From: Candidatus Foliamicus sp. | GTDB taxonomy: Bacteria; Pseudomonadota; Gammaproteobacteria; Steroidobacterales; Foliamicaceae | Assembly (NCBI GenBank): GCA_965261845.1 | Contig: OZ253475.1 | Location: 3,238,152 to 3,302,151, forward strand | Direction: 5' to 3' | Length of the DNA stretch: 64,000 nt | Part shown: piece by piece, positions 58,271 to 64,000 of the stretch | Layout: every line of letters starts with the position of its first letter | How positions within the stretch are numbered: the stretch's first letter is position 1 | The notes under the pieces: generated by a model | Told to the model about the DNA's origin: nothing | Database searches by the model: none | Seen by the model: only the letters and a program-made list of their open reading frames with translations | Translations under genes and position numbers: made by a program

Positions 58271-58567
58271 ATGTCCCATTACCTGGTCGCGGTGTGCCAT
58301 ATCACCAACTTCAACGACAACATGAAGAAGTACGCTCAGCTCTCCGCCGAGCTTGTGGCGAAGAACGGCGGCGAGTACGTCATACGAGGCCCGGCGGAAG
58401 AAGAAATGGAAGGCGACAAGCTGGCGGGTTGCTACCTGATCGTCAGCCGCTTCCCGACCCGCGAACAACTCGACGGCTTCTGGAAAGGCGACGAATATCG
58501 CAACAACGTGCGCCCGCTGCGCGCCGGCACCGGAAAATACGACATCGCGATTTACCCGTCCGCCTGA
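58271..58567 (+). CDS. DUF1330-family protein
   Basis: GGEYVIRG, EGD, IVSRFPT..FW..DEY...R; GGAGG RBS. Confidence 0.85.
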   Translation: MSHYLVAVCHITNFNDNMKKYAQLSAELVAKNGGEYVIRGPAEEEMEGDKLAGCYLIVSRFPTREQLDGFWKGDEYRNNVRPLRAGTGKYDIAIYPSA

Positions 58568-58636
58568 CACGGAAGACCCGCTGCCGCCAGGCCGGAGCTG
58601 CGTCGTGTTCGGCCGGCAGGCGACTGACCGCGCCGG

Positions 58637-59437
58637 TTATCCAGGCCGGCGTGTCCTGGATTTCCAATAGGTCGTGAGCAATATTGCCCCCAGGGCGGCG
58701 GCGACCCACGGTTGATACAGCAATTGAACGGGCCAGAGGACAAAGGGAAAATAGAGCGGAAGTATTGGCCAGGTCATCCCGACGAAGCCCATGATTCCAA
58801 AGCGGCCGATAATTTCGAAGAATGTGGATAAAGCGGCCAGAGACACAAAGGTAGCGATGACACCCGTGCGCCACACTCCGCATGCGAGGGTAGCGACTCC
58901 TCCCAGGAAAAATGCGGGTATCAGGAAAACGCCCGGTAATATCAGCGCGGACTGAGCAACTCCGTCATGCGCTTCCTTGTCAGGGAAGTCCAGCAACAAG
59001 CCACCCCAGCAGTAGGCGCCTACCAGTAGACTAATCACGCCGGCAGCCAATCCGATGTTCTTTCTCGCTTCCGGAAGCCAGGCCGGGACTTGCCGGTGGT
59101 CGCCCGAACTCCTGGCTCGCAGATAGGTACGAAACAGGCCCGCCCCGATCCCGAGTGCCGTCACGATAGTCGCGACTACGAAAGCAATTCTCCAGTCCGG
59201 CGGCAAAGTTCTGCGCACAACGGCCATAACTCCAATGCACAGAAACAAGAACAACGAGAGTCCGGCCAATCGGAAGGATTTATGGGAAAATGCCACCAAT
59301 GTTCCCCAAAAAAGGATCAGCCCATATGCAAACAATTCCACTCGGCCCCATTGCCAATACTCACGAAGCAGTGGCACCGTGGCGAGCAGGCTGATTACGC
59401 CGATCGCCAGTCCAAGCCGGGGCGTTGAGTCTGTCAT
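58637..59437 (-). CDS. Hypothetical multi-pass membrane protein
   Basis: About 8 hydrophobic segments; start trimmed to MTDSTPRLG; appears less GC-rich than neighbours. Confidence 0.65.
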   Translation of the reverse strand: MTDSTPRLGLAIGVISLLATVPLLREYWQWGRVELFAYGLILFWGTLVAFSHKSFRLAGLSLFLFLCIGVMAVVRRTLPPDWRIAFVVATIVTALGIGAGLFRTYLRARSSGDHRQVPAWLPEARKNIGLAAGVISLLVGAYCWGGLLLDFPDKEAHDGVAQSALILPGVFLIPAFFLGGVATLACGVWRTGVIATFVSLAALSTFFEIIGRFGIMGFVGMTWPILPLYFPFVLWPVQLLYQPWVAAALGAILLTTYWKSRTRRPG

Positions 59438-59462
59438 AAGCTGATACTCATGCTGGCCTCCG

Positions 59463-59912
59463 CTAGGACGGATCGTCATTTCCAGCGCTTGTCCGCCCGC
59501 CACCGGCGGACATGAAACGTGCCTGGGCGGTGGCGGCAAGCGCGCCGTTGTCCTCGCGAAAGGCCCTGCCTTCCATTTCCATCATGCGGCCGCGGCGGCG
59601 CACCAGACGGCCTTCGAGCCTCAACCCGACACCCATCGGCACGGCATTGCGGTAGCGCACCTCGCAGCGCGCGGTGTGGGCGCGGAGACCCTGCAGAAAA
59701 CTCCAGTTGGCCATTACATCGTCGAGCAGCGAGTAGAGGATTCCTCCGTGCAGCATGTCGCTGTAGCCCACGTGCGTGGGCCCCGGTTTGAACTCCGCGC
59801 GGCAGACCTGCGCGCCGTCCTCTTCTTCCAGCCGGAAACGCACCCTTAACCCGCCGGGATTGGAGGGTCCGCAGACAAAGCAATGGTTGGCCGGATCCCA
59901 CAGTTCGCTGAT
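59463..59912 (-). CDS. PaaI-family thioesterase with apparent non-canonical ATC start
   Basis: In-frame NHCFVCGPSNPGGL lies upstream of the called GTG (59843); also LHGGILYSLLDD. GGAG sits 7 nt before ATC-AGC-GAA-CTG-TGG. Confidence 0.8.
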   Translation of the reverse strand: MSELWDPANHCFVCGPSNPGGLRVRFRLEEEDGAQVCRAEFKPGPTHVGYSDMLHGGILYSLLDDVMANWSFLQGLRAHTARCEVRYRNAVPMGVGLRLEGRLVRRRGRMMEMEGRAFREDNGALAATAQARFMSAGGGRTSAGNDDPS

Positions 59913-59974
59913 GAATTTTCTCCGTTGCTAGGGCATGATAGGAACTACTTCGGAATGATATGCGGGCTTGAGCG

Positions 59975-60409
59975 ATGACTTACGATCCGGGCAATATCTT
60001 TGCGCGCATCCTCGCGGGCGAGGCCAGATCGCACCGGGTTCTAGAGGATGAACACGCGCTGGCGATCATGGACGTCATGCCTCGCTGCGATGGTCACACG
60101 CTGATTCTTCCGAAGGCGCCGTCGGTCGATTTTCTCAACCTGCCGACCGATTCCATCGCGGGTGTGTTTGCCGCCACGCAACGGGTGGCCAGGGCTGTCA
60201 AAGAGGCTTTTGCGGCGGATGGAATTCAAATCAGTCTGCGCAACGGCTCGGCTGCCGGCCAGGTTGTTTTCCACATGCATATTCATGTCATGGCCTGTCA
60301 TCAGGGGCTGCCTCTCAAACCGCCGGGGCATGCACTCGCGGACGATGAGGTTCTCGCCGGACACGCCCGACTCATTCGCGAGTCGCTGTCGCGACAGACG
60401 CACGGATAG
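59975..60409 (+). CDS. HIT-family hydrolase
   Basis: [26 protein letters not shown]. Confidence 0.95.
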   Translation: MTYDPGNIFARILAGEARSHRVLEDEHALAIMDVMPRCDGHTLILPKAPSVDFLNLPTDSIAGVFAATQRVARAVKEAFAADGIQISLRNGSAAGQVVFHMHIHVMACHQGLPLKPPGHALADDEVLAGHARLIRESLSRQTHG

Positions 60410-60420
60410 CCGAAGGATCC

Positions 60421-61575
60421 ATGTCGACGAGCCACCTGAATTGGCCGTTCTTCGAGGAACGCCACCGCGAGCGGGAACAGCGGCTGGATTCCTGGTGTCG
60501 CCGGCAATCCTGGGGCCATGAGCCGTCTGGTGACGAACTGGATGACTCTTGCCGCGATATCGCCGCAAGCCTGGGTGCGGCCGGATTCTTGCGACTAGCA
60601 GTTCCAAGGCCCTACGGAGACGACGCCACGCTTGATGCGCGCAGCCTTTGCCTGATGCGCGAAACGCTGGCCCGCCATGAACCGCTGGCGGATTTCGTCT
60701 ACGCCATGCAAGTGCTCGGCAGCGCGCCCATCAGTTTGTTCGGACGCAAGGAACAAAAGGAGGCCTGGTTGAAGGACGTGGCAGCGGGCCGAATGATTGC
60801 CGCCTTCGCCTTATCGGAGAAGGAGGCGGGCTCGGACGTCGCGGCGATGTCCATGCGCGCGGAACAGAGCGGAGACGACTACCTACTGAACGGCGGAAAA
60901 GCCTGGATATCCAACGCCGGCGTTGCGGATTTCTACGTGGTTTTTGCCCGCACCGGCGAGGGCAAGCGCGGCGTAAGCGCATTTGTTGTGCCTGCCGGAA
61001 CGCCGGGCCTTAAGGTGAGTGAACGCACAGCGGTTATCGCCGCTCATCCTCTGGGCAGTCTGACTCTCACCAACTGCAGGATTTCCGGCGACTGCATACT
61101 CGGCTCGCCCGGCGACGGGATGCGGATCGCGCTGGGAACCCTGGATCTGTGCCGCTCGACGGTCGGCGCGGCGGCGCTGGGCATGGCCCGGCGAGCCTAT
61201 GCCGAGGCTCTTGCGAGAGCGCGCAGCCGACGCTTGTTCGGCGCAACGCTGGGTGACCTGCAGCTTACCCAGGCGGCGCTGGCCGATATGGCTACCTCTC
61301 TTGATGCTTCGGCGTTGCTGGTTTACCGGGCGGCCTGGACCAGGGATGCGGGACAGAAGCGCATTACCCGGGAAGCGTCAATGGCCAAGCTGTTCGCCAC
61401 CGAGCACGCGCAAAAGGTGATTGATCGCGCGGTGCAGCTATTCGGCGGCGAAGGCGTTCGCTCCGGGTCGGTGGTGGAACGCCTTTACCGGGAAATCCGC
61501 GCGCTGAGGATTTACGAGGGCGCCAGCGAGGTTCAGCAGCTGCTGATCGCGCGCCACGAGCTGCGCGAAGACTGA
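60421..61575 (+). CDS. Acyl-CoA dehydrogenase
   Basis: [47 protein letters not shown]. Confidence 0.95.
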   Translation: MSTSHLNWPFFEERHREREQRLDSWCRRQSWGHEPSGDELDDSCRDIAASLGAAGFLRLAVPRPYGDDATLDARSLCLMRETLARHEPLADFVYAMQVLGSAPISLFGRKEQKEAWLKDVAAGRMIAAFALSEKEAGSDVAAMSMRAEQSGDDYLLNGGKAWISNAGVADFYVVFARTGEGKRGVSAFVVPAGTPGLKVSERTAVIAAHPLGSLTLTNCRISGDCILGSPGDGMRIALGTLDLCRSTVGAAALGMARRAYAEALARARSRRLFGATLGDLQLTQAALADMATSLDASALLVYRAAWTRDAGQKRITREASMAKLFATEHAQKVIDRAVQLFGGEGVRSGSVVERLYREIRALRIYEGASEVQQLLIARHELRED

Positions 61576-61602
61576 GCGGCTTTCCATAGTGTTAACACGA
61601 CA

Positions 61603-62484
61603 CTAGTTGGGCTGGCCTGCTTCCGTGGCGCAACGAAAGCCAAGGTTGTTCAGGCCCGAGTCGGGCGGTGTCATCATCCTCGCTGCCACCCGGTATCCCC
61701 GGCAGTAGTTCTCGCTGCACAGCCAGCTTCCGCCGCGATGAACTTTTTGCGTTCCGGTATTCGGGCCCTGGGGGTTTTCCTTGGGAGAGCGCTCAAAGTA
61801 GTCGGGAGCGTACCAATCATTTACCCACTCCCACACGTTTCCGCTAATGTCGTAGAGGCCGTAGCCATTCGGCGGAAACTGCTTTACCGGCGAGTGCACT
61901 GCATAGCCGTCAAGGGCCTGATCTTCAATCGGAAACTCGCCTTGCCATATATTCGCCTGGTGCACGCCATCCGGAGTCAGCTCGTCTCCCCAGGCATACC
62001 GGGCGTTCTTCAATCCTCCGCGGGCGGCGTATTCGAACTCGGCCTCCGTGGGCAGCCGGGCCTTACGCCACTCGCAATAGGAAACGGCGTCTTCCCATGA
62101 CAGATGGACTACCGGAAAGTCTTCCATTTCTTCATGCGAAGAGCCCGGGCCGAAAGGCTGACGCCAGTCGGCGCCATCGCTCTTGGTCCAGCCGCTCCTT
62201 GCGGGATCGAACACGCCGGACCAACCAAGCCGTTCCGATTCGGTGACGTAGCCGGTCGAGTCCGCAAACTCGGCATACTGAGCATTCGTTACCTCGTGGG
62301 CGTCCAGGCGGAAGGAACTCACGATGACCCGGTGTGCGGGGCCTTCAAAGGGCTCGCCGTGATCGGTGCCCATGGTGAATTCCCCTCCGCCGATCAGCAG
62401 CATCCCATCCGCGTGGGAACCAGGTTCCGACGCGCAGCCGAGGAGAGCCCATCCCGCCAGTCCTGCTATAAGCACCTTGCGCAT
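61603..62484 (-). CDS. Formylglycine-generating enzyme (FGE/SUMF1) family lipoprotein
   Basis: GGEFTMG, HEVTNAQY, RLPTEAEFEYAARG, NGYGLYDISGNVWEW, RGGSWLCSENYCRGYRVAAR (both catalytic Cys); LLGC lipobox. Confidence 0.92.
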   Translation of the reverse strand: MRKVLIAGLAGWALLGCASEPGSHADGMLLIGGGEFTMGTDHGEPFEGPAHRVIVSSFRLDAHEVTNAQYAEFADSTGYVTESERLGWSGVFDPARSGWTKSDGADWRQPFGPGSSHEEMEDFPVVHLSWEDAVSYCEWRKARLPTEAEFEYAARGGLKNARYAWGDELTPDGVHQANIWQGEFPIEDQALDGYAVHSPVKQFPPNGYGLYDISGNVWEWVNDWYAPDYFERSPKENPQGPNTGTQKVHRGGSWLCSENYCRGYRVAARMMTPPDSGLNNLGFRCATEAGQPN

Positions 62485-62579
62485 AAACTGCATTATAGGA
62501 AGGTGGGTAATCGCATCGCTCTTGAGAGCTTGGACACGGACGGGGCGAGATGGCATTTCGGCCAAGGATATTCAGGATA

Positions 62580-64000
62580 GTGAAACCAGGTATTCGACTA
62601 CTGCTCGCAAGCGCGCTTGCGGTGTTGCCGCCGGCGCTTGCGGCGGGAGCGGCCTCCGCAAGCGGTTCTCCTGCACAAACTCCGTTAGAGGGCCGGATGG
62701 CCGAAAGCACGGTCGCGGAAATCGTTGTGACGGCCAAACGACGGGCATCCGGCGCTGAGGCCGTGGCGCGCAGCCTGAGCGTGCTCGCATCGGGCAGCAT
62801 TGGGCTCGCGGTTGGCGATACGCACATTCAAGAGGCGCTGGCGCGGGTTCCCGGCGTGAACCTGCAGCGCGGCAGCGGGCAGGAATACCTTCCGGCGTTG
62901 CGTTCCCCGGTCCTCACCGGCGCCGGCGCCTGCGGCGCCTTGCTCACGGCTGAAGACGGGATTCCCGTCACTTCTCCGGGCTTCTGCAACATCAACGAAT
63001 TGTTCTTTGCTCATCACGAGGCGGCCTCCCGGATTGAAGTGTTGCGCGGTCCCGGAACGGCGGTCTATGGCGGCAATGCCCTGCACGGTGTCGTTAACGT
63101 GATCACGGCGCGTCCGGGGCCGGCTTCAACAGCCGCCCTGGAACTGGGTCCCCATGGCTTTTCGCGCTTGCGCTTGAAATTGCTGGATGAAACGAGCGCC
63201 GGCTTGAGATTGACCGGAGTTCGCGACGGGGGCTTTCGGGACGATTCAGGCTTCCGGCAACTCAAGCTGAACGGCTTTCGTACCTGGAGCAGCGGAACCC
63301 GAACCTGGACCGCGGCTTTGGCCTTGAGCGGGCTGGACCAGGACACGGCGGGCTACATCACCGGGCTGAACAGCTACCGCGACACTAAAACGGCACGCTC
63401 CAATTCGGAACCAGAGGCGTTTCGCAAGGCAGTCAACCTGCGCGCCTTTACGCGCCTTGAATACGATCCTGGAGAAAACCTTGCGCTGGTCGTTACGCCG
63501 TATGCGCGCTATTCGCGCATGCGGTTTCGAATGCATTTTCTTCCCGGCGATCCGTTTGAGAGCAACCGGCATCATGGTCTGGGTGTGCAATCGGCCGCCT
63601 ACCTTGACGCCGGGTCCGGGCAATTGGTCGCAGGCCTCGACGTGGAGTATGCGCGCGGCAAGCTTCGGCAATGGCAGGATGGACCGGCTTCAGGCAGTGC
63701 GTTCGTGCGTGAAGTATTCCCGTGGGGTGGTCACTACGATTACCAGGTGAGCGCGGGGTGGATCGCTCCCTTTGCGCACTTCGATCTGCCTCTCGGTGAT
63801 GCCTGGACGGCAAGCTTTGGCGGCCGCTATGAACGCGTGCGTTACGACTACCAAACGCAATTGCCCCCCGGGCGAACACGCGATGACTTGAGTTCCTGCG
63901 GTTTCGGGGGCTGCCGCTACAGTCGGCCTGGCGACCGGGCCGATTCGTTCGGGACCTTCTCGCCGAAGGTCAGCCTGATGTGGCGGCCCGCACCGGGCCG
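62580..64000 (+). CDS. TonB-dependent receptor, 3' end outside the window
   Basis: Not in the ORF track (no stop). GTG start MKPGIRLLLASALAV..., EIVVTAKR, RIEVLRGPGTAVYGGNALHGVVNVIT, and FSPKVSLMWRP at the window edge. Confidence 0.92.
   Translation, partial: MKPGIRLLLASALAVLPPALAAGAASASGSPAQTPLEGRMAESTVAEIVVTAKRRASGAEAVARSLSVLASGSIGLAVGDTHIQEALARVPGVNLQRGSGQEYLPALRSPVLTGAGACGALLTAEDGIPVTSPGFCNINELFFAHHEAASRIEVLRGPGTAVYGGNALHGVVNVITARPGPASTAALELGPHGFSRLRLKLLDETSAGLRLTGVRDGGFRDDSGFRQLKLNGFRTWSSGTRTWTAALALSGLDQDTAGYITGLNSYRDTKTARSNSEPEAFRKAVNLRAFTRLEYDPGENLALVVTPYARYSRMRFRMHFLPGDPFESNRHHGLGVQSAAYLDAGSGQLVAGLDVEYARGKLRQWQDGPASGSAFVREVFPWGGHYDYQVSAGWIAPFAHFDLPLGDAWTASFGGRYERVRYDYQTQLPPGRTRDDLSSCGFGGCRYSRPGDRADSFGTFSPKVSLMWRPAPG

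Noticed and set aside
6809-61606. Other ACACTAG heptamers (6809, 22492, 61600, including TAGTGT-N7-ACACTA at 61587-61605) as IS630 scars
   Set aside because: The matches are only 7-8 nt, which is within chance expectation. Only the 12519-12547 match is long enough to support.
1-64000. tRNA, rRNA, integrase or prophage genes
   Set aside because: None recognised by eye on either strand.

Overview
GC-rich bacterial window. Core genes (mutM-ggt-coaD-rsmD, ftsEX, tatABC, dtd) look gammaproteobacterial; the giant Calx-beta protein is typical of host-associated or biofilm lineages (inference). Left to right: (1) a >2100-aa Calx-beta repeat surface protein/autotransporter that runs off the left edge and is missing from the ORF track; (2) a phytoene-dehydrogenase-family flavoprotein / nitrilase-family amidase / small protein / PfkB kinase run, plus mmsA; (3) a 12-kb module with two GcvT-family N-methyl dehydrogenases divergent from a corrinoid methyltransfer operon (corrinoid protein, DUF1638-like, pterin methyltransferase, ASKHA activator, non-pyrrolysine MttB), bounded by inverted IS630-type ends; (4) an accessory patch (IS630 relic, conserved hypothetical, Phd-PIN toxin-antitoxin, manD, aldehyde dehydrogenase, Fic); (5) an ilvD-ilvB-ilvN-ilvC operon that looks foreign; (6) core genes; (7) an arg operon lacking argA/argJ and argE but carrying a translationally coupled DUF1611/DgcN-like gene and an N-acylornithine carbamoyltransferase with Ala at the acetyl/succinyl switch position; (8) tat, dtd, OPT transporter, thioesterases, HIT, acyl-CoA dehydrogenase, formylglycine-generating enzyme and a partial TonB receptor. 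Palindromic REP-like elements recur, and two are translated as C-terminal tails of IlvD and ArgD. No rRNA, tRNA or CRISPR array seen. Best leads: the DUF1611-containing arg pathway and the IS630-end-bounded betaine-demethylation cassette. Family assignments are from motif recognition by eye, not database searches.
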